A stretch of 64,000 bases of DNA from Elusimicrobiota bacterium (GCA_016182905.1 JACPFR010000044.1:59000-122999); one strand, 5' to 3'. Shown: positions 47,147 to 57,340, counted from the first letter of the stretch. Notes: generated by a model not told the origin, from the letters alone. Numbers and translations: made by a program.

Positions 47147-48970
47147 ATGAAACGAGCGCTCGCGGCCGCGTTGCTCCTGGGCATGGCGCTGCCCGCCTAC
47201 GCCCGCACCAAGGCCCGGATCAAGGCCGAGACCCTCCCCGAGGAGCCCCGCCTCGCCGCGGCCGCGCCCCTGTATCCGGCGCGCTCGACCGAGCCGATCG
47301 TCTTCGTCTGGCCGACGGAGAACATGCCGCTCGCGGCCGAGAACGAGTTCATCTTCGGCTCGGTCTCCCCGGCGACCGCCCCGTTCACGATCAACGGCGT
47401 CACCGTCCCCGTCCACCGGGACGGAGGCTTCCTCGCGTTCCTGCCGATCGCGCCCGGCACCTTCACCTTCCGGGCCGAGCTGGCGCTCTCCTCGACGACG
47501 ACGGCGACGGCGGAGAGGCATATCCTCGTGCCCATGCCCGCGCAGCCCTTTCCCGGGAAGCTCGGCATCGATCCCGCCTCCCTGTCGCCCAGGGCCGACC
47601 TCGACCTGCGCGCCGGGGACTGGCTGACGGCGCGAATGAAGGGGACCCCCGGCAAGCCCGCGCGCTTCCGCGTGGGCAAGGGTCCCTGGCAGGAGATGCG
47701 CGGCTCCAACGCCGCGCTCGGGCTCTATGAAGGAACGCGGCAGATCGCGCTCGGCGAGGAGTTCGAGGCGGCGCCCGTCGTGTACGAGCTCGGGAAAGGC
47801 TGGTCGTCGGTCAAGCTCTCCGGCACGGCCCGCGTCTCGGCTTCGGCGCGCGATTCCCTGATCGCGACCGTGAAGACCAGCACCGCGGGCTTCGTCGCGG
47901 TCAAGACCGGCCCCGCCAACGGCTTCCTCTCCTTCCCGCTGGCCGGCACCCGGCTCACGGTGACCGGGCGCGAGAACAGCTCGCTGCGCGTGCGCCTGTC
48001 CGACTCCCTGTCCGGCTGGGTCGAGGCCAAGGACGTCGAGCTTTCCTCCGGCACGCCCCCCCGCGCGGTGACGGGCACGATCGGCGTCGCCAAGACCGCC
48101 CTCGGCGCGGCGGTGAAGATCGGCCTGTCGGAGAAGGCCGCCTTCGACGTCGAGCCCTCGGCCGGGCTCGACGCGCTGACGATCCGCCTCTACAACGCGG
48201 TCGGCCACACGAATTGGGCGGTCAACGAAGCCCCCGACCTCGTCTCGGAGGTCCGCTGGCGCCAAGAGGCCAGCGACGTCGTGGCCGTGACCATCCTGCT
48301 CAAGCCCGACGAGGTCCTGTGGGGCTGGTGGCCGTCCTACGAGGGGGGCGCCTTGCGCCTCGAGCTCCGCCGCGCCCCCAAGATATCGGATTACAAGCCG
48401 TTCTCTGGGATCACGATCATGCTCGATCCCGGGCACATGCCGTCGGCGACCGGCGCGACGGGCCCGCTCGGCACGCGCGAGATGGACGCGAACTACGCGA
48501 TCGCGGTCGCCGCGAAGGCGCGCCTGGAGCGGGCCGGCGCGTCCGTGCTGATGACGCGCAGCGACCCCCTTCACGAGGTCTCTCTCGTGGACCGGCCGAA
48601 GCAGGCCGTCGAGCGGGGCGCCGACCTCTTCGTGAGCCTGCACAACAACGCCCTGCCCGACGGCGAGAACCCGGCGGCCAAGCCGCGCGGCTTCACCGTC
48701 TTCTACTACCACCCGCAAAGCCTCGAGCTCGGCCGCGCCGTGCACGAGGCCTACCGCGGGCGGATCAAGCTGCCCGACGAAGGCCTGCGCTGGGGCAACC
48801 TGCTCGTCTCCCGTCAGAGCGCGATGCCGGCGATCCTCGTGGAGAACGCCTACATGATCCTCCCCGAACAGGAGGCCCTGCTCAACGACGCCGCGTTCCG
48901 CGACGAGCTCTCCCGGGCGCTGGTCGAGGGCCTCGAGCGGTTCTTGCGGAACGCGCGGAGGAAGCCATGA
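47147..48970 (+). CDS. N-acetylmuramoyl-L-alanine amidase (Amidase_3, AmiC-like) with N-terminal beta-rich domains
   Basis: Signal peptide present. GITIMLDPGH ... ANYAIAVAAKARLERAGASVLMTRSD ... DLFVSLHNNA. 607 aa. Confidence 0.85.
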   Translation: MKRALAAALLLGMALPAYARTKARIKAETLPEEPRLAAAAPLYPARSTEPIVFVWPTENMPLAAENEFIFGSVSPATAPFTINGVTVPVHRDGGFLAFLPIAPGTFTFRAELALSSTTTATAERHILVPMPAQPFPGKLGIDPASLSPRADLDLRAGDWLTARMKGTPGKPARFRVGKGPWQEMRGSNAALGLYEGTRQIALGEEFEAAPVVYELGKGWSSVKLSGTARVSASARDSLIATVKTSTAGFVAVKTGPANGFLSFPLAGTRLTVTGRENSSLRVRLSDSLSGWVEAKDVELSSGTPPRAVTGTIGVAKTALGAAVKIGLSEKAAFDVEPSAGLDALTIRLYNAVGHTNWAVNEAPDLVSEVRWRQEASDVVAVTILLKPDEVLWGWWPSYEGGALRLELRRAPKISDYKPFSGITIMLDPGHMPSATGATGPLGTREMDANYAIAVAAKARLERAGASVLMTRSDPLHEVSLVDRPKQAVERGADLFVSLHNNALPDGENPAAKPRGFTVFYYHPQSLELGRAVHEAYRGRIKLPDEGLRWGNLLVSRQSAMPAILVENAYMILPEQEALLNDAAFRDELSRALVEGLERFLRNARRKP

Positions 48971-49851
48971 TCACGCCCGGCGCCGGAGCCCTGCCCGCCC
49001 TCGTCGACATCCTTCATTTCCTGTCCGCGGCGAAGGAGGCCGAGGAGGACCAGGTCTGGGCCCGCGTCCTCGACAAGCTCTCCGCGTCGCTCGACTGCGA
49101 GGCCGCGACCTATTTCGTCTTCCTGCCCAAGCCGCAGCAGCTCATCGCGCGGGCGGCGCTCGGCGCCGCGGGACATCGCGTCGAGTCGCGGCGCGTCGAG
49201 TCGGGCAAGGGCCTGTGCGGCTGGGTCGCGAAATACCGCGAGCCCGTGCTGACCGTCGACGCCTACTCGGACCCGCGCTTCCTGAAGGACCTCGACGCGG
49301 AGACCGGCTTCAAGACGAGCCATGTCCTCGCCGTGCCGCTGCTCGACCGGATGGAGCTGATCGGCGTCTTCGAGCTCATCAACAAGCGCGGCGGGCCTTT
49401 TTCCGAGGCCGACCTGGCCTTCGTCCAGGCCGCCACCTCGGCTTGCGCGATCGCGCTGCGCGCGATCCGTTTAGAGTCGACGGTCGACAAGGTCACCGCC
49501 CACAACGCGTCCATACTCGAGAACCTCGGCGGCGGCTTCGTCGCGGTGGACATCCACGGCCGCGTGATGCTGTGCAACCCGGCCGCGAAGAGCATCCTCG
49601 GCCTCCCCGGCGACCTGCCGATGAACCAGCCGGTGGACGCGACCTTGCTCACGATCCCCGAGATGGCCGAGATCCTGATGGACACCTTGGTCAAGAAGGA
49701 GACGGTCAAGCGCCGGGACCTGCGCTGGAAGCACAAGGGCGAGAGCCGGACGCTCGGCTACTCGACCTTGCTCATCCAGGACCCGCACGGGCAGGTGGTC
49801 GGCGCGGGCGTCACCTTCCAGGACATCACCTCCTTCCAGAAGAAGGCATGA
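48967..49851 (+). CDS. GAF + PAS domain signalling protein (no output domain)
   Basis: ATGA overlap with the amidase. GAF region [25 protein letters not shown]-like C-terminus. 294 aa. Confidence 0.65.
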   Translation: MITPGAGALPALVDILHFLSAAKEAEEDQVWARVLDKLSASLDCEAATYFVFLPKPQQLIARAALGAAGHRVESRRVESGKGLCGWVAKYREPVLTVDAYSDPRFLKDLDAETGFKTSHVLAVPLLDRMELIGVFELINKRGGPFSEADLAFVQAATSACAIALRAIRLESTVDKVTAHNASILENLGGGFVAVDIHGRVMLCNPAAKSILGLPGDLPMNQPVDATLLTIPEMAEILMDTLVKKETVKRRDLRWKHKGESRTLGYSTLLIQDPHGQVVGAGVTFQDITSFQKKA

Positions 49852-49885
49852 AGGCTCCCGGCTTCAGCCAAGTGTAAGTGAGACG

Positions 49886-50296
49886 ATGAAGGCCCACACC
49901 GAATACCTCTTCTTCGAGACCCCCGAGCGCCGGGCGCTCGTCAACATCACCGAGCGCCTCGCCGCGATCGTCGCGAAATCGAAGATACAGGAAGGGATGT
50001 GCCTCGTCTCCGCGATGCACATCACCGCCGGCATCTGGGTCAACGACGAGGAGCCCGGCCTCAAGCAGGACCTGATGGACTGGCTCGAGCGGCTCGCTCC
50101 CGTCGCGGACTACCGCCACCACCGGACCGGAGAGGACAACGGCGACGCCCATCTCAAGCGGACCTTGCTCGGCCACCAGGCGCTCCTGCCGGTCACCGAA
50201 GGCGCCCTCGACCTCGGCCCCTGGGAGCAGGTGTTCTACGCCGAGTTCGACGGCCGCCGCCGCAAGCGCGTCGTCGTCAAGGTGATGGGCGAGTGA
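49886..50296 (+). CDS. YjbQ/UPF0047 family protein (secondary thiamine-phosphate synthase-like)
   Basis: 136 aa. Conserved [10 protein letters not shown] ... [13 protein letters not shown]. Confidence 0.75.
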   Translation: MKAHTEYLFFETPERRALVNITERLAAIVAKSKIQEGMCLVSAMHITAGIWVNDEEPGLKQDLMDWLERLAPVADYRHHRTGEDNGDAHLKRTLLGHQALLPVTEGALDLGPWEQVFYAEFDGRRRKRVVVKVMGE

Positions 50297-51117
50297 AGCC
50301 GGCGCTGCTCCTCTGGCCGCTGCTCGCCGCGGCGCTCCTCTACCTCGGCCTGCGCCGCTTCGAGCGGTCGATGACCTTCGTCCCCTCGCGCGAGATGCTC
50401 GCCCACCCCGGCACCGTCGGCCTCGCCTACGAGCCTTTGTTCCTGACCGCCTCCGACGGCGTGAAGCTCCGGGCCTGGTGGATCCCCGGCCCATCCGAGG
50501 ATTCCCCGGTCATGCTCTGCCTGCACGGCAACGGCGGCAACCTCTCGCACCGAACCGACAAGATGCGCCTGTTTCACGACGCGGGCGCCGCCCAGCTGTG
50601 GCTCGACTGGCGCGGCTACGGCGAGAGCGCCGGGACCCCGGACGAGCCGGGCCTGTACCGCGACGCGCTCGCCGGCTGGGCGTGGCTCAACGCGGTCAAG
50701 GCCGTCCCCGCTTCGCGCCTCGTGCTCTACGGCGAGTCGCTCGGCGGCGCCCCGGCCATCGAGCTCGCCTCGCGCGTGCCCGCCGCCGGCCTGATCGTCG
50801 ACAGCTCGTTCACCTCGGCCGCCGACATGGCCCGGCACATCCTGCCCCGCTTCCCGGTCCGCCTCCTCAGCGCGCGCTTCGACAACCTCGCCCGCCTGCC
50901 GCGCGTGACGATCCCGACGCTCTTCCTGCACAGCCCGCAGGACGACATCATCCCCTACGCGATGGCCCTGAAGAACCTGGGCGCCTCCGGCTCGGCGAAG
51001 AAGCGCCTCGTCGACCTCAAGGGCTCCCACAACGAGGGCTTCCTCGACTCGGGGCCGACCTACCCGAAGGCGATCCGGGAATTCCTGGCGTCGCTGCCGG
51101 CGGAACCTAGGAAATAG
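50293..51117 (+). CDS. Alpha/beta-hydrolase (S33/S9-like serine hydrolase) with N-terminal membrane anchor
   Basis: GTGA overlap with the upstream gene. LCLHGNGGN ... GESLGG nucleophile elbow. Confidence 0.7.
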   Translation: MKPALLLWPLLAAALLYLGLRRFERSMTFVPSREMLAHPGTVGLAYEPLFLTASDGVKLRAWWIPGPSEDSPVMLCLHGNGGNLSHRTDKMRLFHDAGAAQLWLDWRGYGESAGTPDEPGLYRDALAGWAWLNAVKAVPASRLVLYGESLGGAPAIELASRVPAAGLIVDSSFTSAADMARHILPRFPVRLLSARFDNLARLPRVTIPTLFLHSPQDDIIPYAMALKNLGASGSAKKRLVDLKGSHNEGFLDSGPTYPKAIREFLASLPAEPRK

Positions 51118-52000
51118 CCGTTCCCTCCCCCAGAATCCGCCGCCGCTCCGAATCGTTATGCGCCCTGCACAACAGCCGAAGATTTCCTATCTCGTCCGTG
51201 CCTCCGAGCGCGCGCGGCTTCACATGGTCCACCTCCAGGGACCTTCGTGCCAAGCACCTGACTCCCGTCGTTCCAATGTAGGCGCACCGCGCGCCGTCGC
51301 GCGCCCAAACGGAGCGGCGCACTCTTGCCGGGAGGGAGCTCCCGCCCTTAACGGGCGATAGGCGGCCCGGCAGTCCCTTTTCCGGATCGTGACGCGCCAG
51401 ATAATCCCGGGCTATCTCCAGAAGGATCTCGTCGATGGCTCCGCTCGGACATTTATGCCCCAGCAGTTGACGGGCTCGATCTATCGCCTCGCGAAGGGCC
51501 AGGGGACCTCGGAAACTGAAATCGACCCGCAGGACTGGAGCGCCATCCGTCCCCGACCCCGAAGCGACCGCGACGACACGGACCGAGCTCCTCCTTTCCG
51601 GTTCAGGCCGCAAGGGCGCGAGCATCTCGTCTATTTGCCGGGCGGATTTCCCCTCCGCCCGGGAGATGATCTCCGGGGCGTCCGGACGATGAACGAAGGG
51701 CGCTATCTTCGAAACGGCCGACAAAGACAGCTGACCGTCGGCCAGCGCTGAGAGCAGCTCGGGACGGGAGACCGTCGCCCGCGCGGCGTGGATCCTCCGA
51801 TATGATTCATCCTCGCTGAGCTTCAAGCGTCGGATGCAAAAGTCGAACGTGGAAGAATAGCCCCATTCTTCGGGAAGCTTCCGCCTGTCGGCTTCGCCGA
51901 GCCAGGACAGAAAGGAATGGAGGCGCTCGCGCTCCTCTTCCACGAAGCGATCGAGCCTCGCCAGCAGTTCCTCGCTCGACAACGACCTCGGGTCATCCAT
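51107..52000 (-). CDS. DUF222 + HNH endonuclease domain protein, in a roughly 62% GC patch
   Basis: C-terminal HNH motif EVDHVKPRALGGTDEIGNLRLLCRAHN. N-terminal DUF222-like region. Local GC is clearly below the surrounding 70-72%. Confidence 0.75.
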   Translation of the reverse strand: MDDPRSLSSEELLARLDRFVEEERERLHSFLSWLGEADRRKLPEEWGYSSTFDFCIRRLKLSEDESYRRIHAARATVSRPELLSALADGQLSLSAVSKIAPFVHRPDAPEIISRAEGKSARQIDEMLAPLRPEPERRSSVRVVAVASGSGTDGAPVLRVDFSFRGPLALREAIDRARQLLGHKCPSGAIDEILLEIARDYLARHDPEKGLPGRLSPVKGGSSLPARVRRSVWARDGARCAYIGTTGVRCLARRSLEVDHVKPRALGGTDEIGNLRLLCRAHNDSERRRILGEGTAIS

Positions 52001-52100
52001 ACTATCAGACGATCGAGGTGCCTAAAAAGTTGCATCACCCGGCATACTTGGCACGTACCAAGTTTGCGGATATCTTTTCGGACTATCCGGCTCGCGAGCG

Positions 52101-52745
52101 TTATTCCAGATCGACGCCGCGCTGGGGGCAGTCGGGGCGCAGGAGGCAGGCGGCGCATTGCGGGTTGGCGGCCTTGCACACGCGCCGGCCGTGCCAGATC
52201 ACCGCGTGGGACCAGAACCTCCAATCCTTGCGCGGGACGAGGGCGTTCAGGTCGCGCTCGACCTTGACCGGGTCCTCCTCGTCGGTGAGGCCGAAGCGGT
52301 AGGCGAGGCGCTTCATGTGCGTGTCGACGACGACGCCCTCGGGCTTGCCGTAGATCTCGCCGAGGACGACGTTGGCGGTCTTGCGCGCCACGCCGCGCAG
52401 GGCGAGCAGGCCCTCCATCGTGTCGGGGACCTTGCCGCCGTGCTCGTCGCGGATGGCCCGCGCGGTCTCGATGATCGCCCGCGCCTTCATCCGGTAGAAG
52501 CCGCACGAGCGCACGATCGCCTCGAGCTCGGCGGGCTCAGCCTTGGCGTAGTCGTCGACGGTCTTGTAGCGCTTGAACAAGACCTTCGTCGTCGCGTTGA
52601 CGCGGACGTCGGTGCACTGGGCGGACAGGATGACCGCGAAGACGAGCTCGTGCGGCGTCTTGTAGTCGAGCTCGCAGTGCGCCTCCGGATAGAGCTTGCG
52701 CAGGCCCTTGAGCAGCTTGAGGACGCGCTCGGTCTTGACGCTCAC
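52101..52745 (-). CDS. nth: Endonuclease III (DNA glycosylase/AP lyase) with 4Fe-4S cluster
   Basis: HhH-GPD motif LLALRGVARKTANVV. C-terminal Cx6Cx2Cx5C motif CKAANPQCAACLLRPDC. Confidence 0.9.
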   Translation of the reverse strand: MSVKTERVLKLLKGLRKLYPEAHCELDYKTPHELVFAVILSAQCTDVRVNATTKVLFKRYKTVDDYAKAEPAELEAIVRSCGFYRMKARAIIETARAIRDEHGGKVPDTMEGLLALRGVARKTANVVLGEIYGKPEGVVVDTHMKRLAYRFGLTDEEDPVKVERDLNALVPRKDWRFWSHAVIWHGRRVCKAANPQCAACLLRPDCPQRGVDLE

Positions 52746-54481
52746 CGCTTCTCGATCGGGTAGTAGTAGATCCCGAGGTTCACGGGGTTGTCGACGAAGC
52801 CCTTCACCCAGCCCCGCACGCCGTAGACCCCGGCGGGATGCACGGTGAAGATCGCCGGCGCCTCGTCGAAGCCCTTGGCCAGGATCTTCTTGTACAGCGC
52901 CGCGCGCTTGGCGGGCGACGACTCAGCCGCGGCCTTCTCTATCATAACGTCGAGCTCGGGGTTCGCGTAACCCTGGGCCGACGGGTAGCGCCCCTGCGAG
53001 TGGTAGAAGGCGTAGATGAAGTTGTGCGCGTCGGGATAGTCGGCGAGCCAGCCGCGGGCGAACAGCGGCATGAGCCGCCGCTGGGCCTTGTCCAGGAAGC
53101 TCGCCCAGTCCACGCCGCGCAGGTCGACGCGGAACTTCGGGTTCAGCTTCTCTACGTTCTTCTTGAGGATCTGCGCCGCCGCCTCGCGGTTCTCGGAGCC
53201 GGTGTTGTAGGTGAGGGTGAAGCGGAAGCCCTTGTCCCAGACCTTGCCGCCCCAGGCCTTGCGCAGATGCGCCTCGGCCTTCTTCAGGTCGTAGGCGTAG
53301 CGCGGCTGCTTCGCGTCATAGCCGGGGACGCTCGGCGGGATAGGCCCGAAGGCGCGGGCGGCGGTCCCCTTGAAGGTGTCGCGCATGATCGCGTCGTAGT
53401 CGAAGGCGTAGGAGAAGCCGCGGCGCACGTCGGCGTCGGCGAAGAAGTCCGGCGGGACGCCCTCGCCGTCGAGCTTGCCGGAGCCGATGTCGGGATTGGC
53501 GACCGGGTTGATCCTGACCGTGAAGAACAGCGCCGGGTCGGTCTGCAGGCGGAGCAGGCCGTCGAGCAGGACGGCGCCGGGGATGCCCGCCACCTGCGAC
53601 GCGTACGGGCGCGGGGTCTCGATGAGGTCGGCGTCGCCGGCCTGGAGCATGAGCTTGCGCGTGTTGAGCTCGGGGACGGCCTTGATCAGCACCTGCTTGA
53701 GCTTCGCCGGGCCGCGGAAGTACGCGTCGTGACGCGCCAGCAGCACGTACCGGGCGGTCTTGTCCCAGCGGACGAGCTTGAAGGGCCCCGCGCCGTTCAT
53801 GTGCTCGTGGAAGTAAGACTTCTCCTTGGGCGGATCGTTGAAATCCTTCCAGGTCGCGGCCGTCCCGTCCCAGTCTCCGTGAGCGACCGCCCAGGGCTTG
53901 GACATAATATATGACCATCTGGCCATGATCCCGAGGAAGGGCCCGAAGGGCCGCGGCAAGGAGATCACCACGTCGTTGCCGTTGACGACAATCGCTTTCT
54001 CCAGAGCGGCGTAATCCAACGTGATCGTTCCGGACGAGTTTCGCGTCGAAGGCACGCCCGCGATCGGCTCGAGCAAAAGCGCCGAGGGCCCCCCCGCGCG
54101 ATCCGTGATCATGAACCGCAGGAGCGAGTAGCGCACGTCCTCGGGGGTGACCTCGGAGCCGTCGTGGAACCGGACGCCCTTGCGGATCGGGAAGCGATAG
54201 GTCCGTCCATCCGGGGAGATCAGCTTGTTCTTGAGGGAAGGGACCTTCTCCGCGATGCGCGGCTCGTATTCGGACAGCGAGGAGCCCTTGAACGCGATCA
54301 GCGTCTCGTAGACGTTCTGGATCACCGACTGGCTCGACCCGTCGTACGGATAGGCCGGATCGAGGCCGGCGGCCTCCCCGATCTCGAGGTTGGTGAAGGT
54401 GTCCGGGTTCTTGACCGGCTCGGCGGAGGCGGCGACGGCGGCCAGCAGGAGGGCGGTGATCATGGGGCCAAGATAGCGCAT
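52742..54481 (-). CDS. ABC transporter substrate-binding protein, family 5 (peptide/nickel type)
   Basis: Start at MRYLGPMITALLLAAVAASA. SBP_bac_5 architecture. 579 aa. Confidence 0.8.
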   Translation of the reverse strand: MRYLGPMITALLLAAVAASAEPVKNPDTFTNLEIGEAAGLDPAYPYDGSSQSVIQNVYETLIAFKGSSLSEYEPRIAEKVPSLKNKLISPDGRTYRFPIRKGVRFHDGSEVTPEDVRYSLLRFMITDRAGGPSALLLEPIAGVPSTRNSSGTITLDYAALEKAIVVNGNDVVISLPRPFGPFLGIMARWSYIMSKPWAVAHGDWDGTAATWKDFNDPPKEKSYFHEHMNGAGPFKLVRWDKTARYVLLARHDAYFRGPAKLKQVLIKAVPELNTRKLMLQAGDADLIETPRPYASQVAGIPGAVLLDGLLRLQTDPALFFTVRINPVANPDIGSGKLDGEGVPPDFFADADVRRGFSYAFDYDAIMRDTFKGTAARAFGPIPPSVPGYDAKQPRYAYDLKKAEAHLRKAWGGKVWDKGFRFTLTYNTGSENREAAAQILKKNVEKLNPKFRVDLRGVDWASFLDKAQRRLMPLFARGWLADYPDAHNFIYAFYHSQGRYPSAQGYANPELDVMIEKAAAESSPAKRAALYKKILAKGFDEAPAIFTVHPAGVYGVRGWVKGFVDNPVNLGIYYYPIEKR

Positions 54482-54600
54482 CGCGCGAGCCGTGTAAAGC
54501 GCGCGAGGACGGATACCGCGCCTCCAACTTAAATTCACACGGCCCGCATGGCGCCGCCCCGCCCCCCAGGCTATCATCTGCCGATCCCACGGAGGAAGAG

Positions 54601-55473
54601 ATGAACAAGAGACTCAATCAGCCGGTCCAGGCCGCGCGGCTCTGCCGGGAGCTGGGCCTGACCTTGATCGGCCCCGACAGGGAGATACTGGCGGTGGGCG
54701 GCCTCGACTCGCTCGAGGAGCATTCTCTGGCCTTCGTGAGGGACCGCGCTCCCGGGGCGGGCTCGACCGGCACGGTGTTCGCGACCGCGCCCCTGCCCAT
54801 GCAGGGCCTGACCGTGATCCAGTCCCTGAAGCCGCGGCTCGACTTCATCCGCGCGCAGCATATCCTCCGGAAATCGCCCGGATTCCTGGAGGATTCCACT
54901 CCGCCCGACATCCACCCGACCGTCCAGGTCGGGCGCGGGGCGGTGATCGAGAACGGGGTGAGGATCGGCGAAGGCACCTGCATCGGCAGCGGCGTCGTCA
55001 TCAAGTCCGGCACCGTGATCGGCCGGCATTGCGAGATCAAATCGGGGGCGATCGTCGGCGAGGCCGGCTTCGGGTTCGAGCGCGACGAGGAAGGCCGCCC
55101 GATCAAGATGATCCAGATGGGCGGCCTGCGCATCGGCGATCACGTCGAGATCGGCAGCGTCAACACGGTGTGCCGCGGCGCGCTCGGCGACACGGTCATC
55201 GAGGATTACGTGAAGACCGACGACCACGTCCACATCGGCCACAACTGCCGCATCGGGTCGGGGACGATGATCACGGCCTGCGCGGAGATCAGCGGCTCGG
55301 TCACGATCGGGAAGAACGCCTGGCTCGCCCCGAACTGCTCGATCATGCAGAAGGTCACCATCGGCGACGGCTGCTTCATCGGCATCGGAGCCGTCGTGCT
55401 GCGCAGCGTCGAAGCCGGGGCCAAGATGTTCGGCAACCCCGCCATGCGGATCGTCGTCCCATCCGGCGCGTGA
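54601..55473 (+). CDS. LpxD-like hexapeptide-repeat N-acyltransferase paralog (UDP-3-O-acylglucosamine N-acyltransferase family)
   Basis: LpxD-type N-terminal domain (LTLIGPDREILAVGGLDSLEEHSLAFV). Left-handed beta-helix repeats and catalytic His region DDHVHIGHNCRIG. Lacks the C-terminal helical extension. Not in an lpxA/fabZ context. Confidence 0.7.
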   Translation: MNKRLNQPVQAARLCRELGLTLIGPDREILAVGGLDSLEEHSLAFVRDRAPGAGSTGTVFATAPLPMQGLTVIQSLKPRLDFIRAQHILRKSPGFLEDSTPPDIHPTVQVGRGAVIENGVRIGEGTCIGSGVVIKSGTVIGRHCEIKSGAIVGEAGFGFERDEEGRPIKMIQMGGLRIGDHVEIGSVNTVCRGALGDTVIEDYVKTDDHVHIGHNCRIGSGTMITACAEISGSVTIGKNAWLAPNCSIMQKVTIGDGCFIGIGAVVLRSVEAGAKMFGNPAMRIVVPSGA

Positions 55474-56234
55474 GGCGGCGGCCGGCGCTCGGCCCGAACG
55501 AGGCTCACGTCTGGCTCGTCGCGGACGAGGCGATCGAGGCCCGTCCCGGCCTTCTCGCGGAGTACCGCCGCCTGCTCTCGCCGGACGAGGAGCGGCGGCT
55601 GCGGCGGCTGAGCCATGACCGGGCGCGGCGCGAATATCTGACCGCCCGCGCCCTGTGCCGCACCGTCCTTTCGCGGTACGCCGACGTCGACCCCGGGGAT
55701 TGGCGCTTCGCCCGGAACGAGCACGGGCGGCCGGAGGTCTCCGGGCCGCGAGGCCGCGGGCGCCTGCGCTTCAATCTGTCGGGAACGAGAGGCCTGACCG
55801 CGTGCGCGGTGACCTGGGAGCTCGACGCCGGGGTCGACGTCGAGGCCCTGAGGACGGTCGGGGCCGCCGACGGGCTCGCGGACCGCTTCTTTTCCCCGCT
55901 GGAGGCGCGCGTCCTCAGGGACCTGCCTCCCGCCCGCCGGCGGGAGCGCTTCCTCGAATACTGGACGCTCAAGGAATCCTACATCAAGGCCACGGGCAAG
56001 GGGCTCTCGATCCCGCTCGACCGCTTCTCGTTCCATCTCGACGAGGGGCCGGGCATCCGGATCTCGTTCGCCCCCGGGATCGAGGACTCGCCGCGGCGAT
56101 GGCAGTTCGCCCTCCTGAGGCCGACGGACGGCCACGTCCTGGCCTTGGGAGTGCGGCGCTCCAGCGGAGCCGAGGTAGCGGTCACGTCGCGAGAGACCGT
56201 GCCGCTTCGTGACGCCGGCGCCGCGCCGCGCTGA
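55470..56234 (+). CDS. Sfp/EntD-type 4'-phosphopantetheinyl transferase
   Basis: GTGA overlap with the upstream gene. GVDVE and WTLKESYIKATGKGLS motifs. The FNLSG motif variant lacks the usual His. Confidence 0.8.
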   Translation: MRRRPALGPNEAHVWLVADEAIEARPGLLAEYRRLLSPDEERRLRRLSHDRARREYLTARALCRTVLSRYADVDPGDWRFARNEHGRPEVSGPRGRGRLRFNLSGTRGLTACAVTWELDAGVDVEALRTVGAADGLADRFFSPLEARVLRDLPPARRRERFLEYWTLKESYIKATGKGLSIPLDRFSFHLDEGPGIRISFAPGIEDSPRRWQFALLRPTDGHVLALGVRRSSGAEVAVTSRETVPLRDAGAAPR

Positions 56235-57084
56235 CCGGCCGCGCCGGCGGGGCGGAAAGGGCGCGGATCGCCTCCTCGGGAGACTTGAAATGGTCCAAGA
56301 GGGCGTGCAGCCAGCGCTCGATGCCGAACGCGACGCAGCCCGTGTAGGCGGGCTTGCCGTCGGCGGTCGTTATGCGGCAGCGGTCTCCGAAGAAGTTCCG
56401 GTGGAAATTCATCGAGCCGAACGCCAGCGATCCCCCGTAGACGAACTCCTCCTTCGTCGGGAACAGGGCCTGCATCGAGGCCCTCGGGTTCGCGGGCTGG
56501 AAGAAGGGGTCGGTGGCGGCCTTGATCTCGAACGGCAGACCGAGCCCGCGGAGGAACCCCTGGATCATGCCCTTGAACGAAAGGAGGTGCTCCTGGACAG
56601 CGTCCATGGGGCCGACGCAGACGATCTCGCGCATCGAGAAGCCCCAGAGCCGCGACAAGCCGGCGTATTCCGTCTCGTTGCGGAAGCAGCTCGCGATCGT
56701 CGTGACGTACGCCGGCGCGTCGAGGCGCGTGTCCTGCAGGTGCAGATAGACGTTGTAGCAGGCGGCCGAGGGGAGGACGTGCGCGCTCGACGTCATGTGC
56801 TCCGCCGCGATCTCCTCGACGCCGGCTTTGAGCGCGTACTCCGCCTCGAGCTTCGACGCGGCGATCCTGGAGACGGACGCCGCCAGGTGCGGGAAATTCT
56901 TGAAGTAATCGAAGCGGCTCAGGTCCTTGACGCGCATCAGCGGGGGGAACAGCATCGGAGCCGCCCGGCGCGTCCGCGCCCACTCCAGGAACCGCCGGTC
57001 CAACATCGTACGGATGCGGACCATCTCGGGACCCAACGTCGCCAGCCCCTGCTCGACGCTATACGCTGACTTGAGTCCTCTCAT
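56182..57084 (-). CDS. Amino acid:[carrier protein] ligase (truncated class II aaRS / atypical SerRS-like catalytic core, no tRNA-binding domain)
   Basis: Class II motif 2 CFRNETEYAG...REIV and motif 3 GCVAFGIERW. Candidate zinc-ligand Cys residues. About 300 aa with no N-terminal coiled coil. Lies immediately downstream of the carrier-protein gene. Confidence 0.7.
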   Translation of the reverse strand: MRGLKSAYSVEQGLATLGPEMVRIRTMLDRRFLEWARTRRAAPMLFPPLMRVKDLSRFDYFKNFPHLAASVSRIAASKLEAEYALKAGVEEIAAEHMTSSAHVLPSAACYNVYLHLQDTRLDAPAYVTTIASCFRNETEYAGLSRLWGFSMREIVCVGPMDAVQEHLLSFKGMIQGFLRGLGLPFEIKAATDPFFQPANPRASMQALFPTKEEFVYGGSLAFGSMNFHRNFFGDRCRITTADGKPAYTGCVAFGIERWLHALLDHFKSPEEAIRALSAPPARPVSAARRRRHEAARSLAT

Positions 57085-57328
57085 TTTTCCCCTCCTCCAG
57101 GATGTTGGTCCGGATCAGCCGCAAGGTGCGCAGCGAATTCGCGGCCGACCCGGCCGCCAGCGGGATCCGCCTGCCGGTGAGCTCTTCCATGAAATAGACG
57201 AAGTTGATGAACGTGACCGAATCCAGGATCCGGTTGTCGATCAAGTCGGTGTCCAGATCGATCTCCTTGACGTCAGGCCTCTCCCGCAGCAGCCACTTCT
57301 TGACCTCTCCGATCCGTTCGTCGTCCAT
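57059..57328 (-). CDS. Dedicated acyl/peptidyl carrier protein (89 aa)
   Basis: Phosphopantetheine attachment motif LDSV (Ser36) in helix II. GGAGGA ribosome-binding site. 26-nt overlap with the ligase gene. Confidence 0.7.
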   Translation of the reverse strand: MDDERIGEVKKWLLRERPDVKEIDLDTDLIDNRILDSVTFINFVYFMEELTGRRIPLAAGSAANSLRTLRLIRTNILEEGKNERTQVSV

Positions 57329-57340
57329 GTGTCCTCCTTC

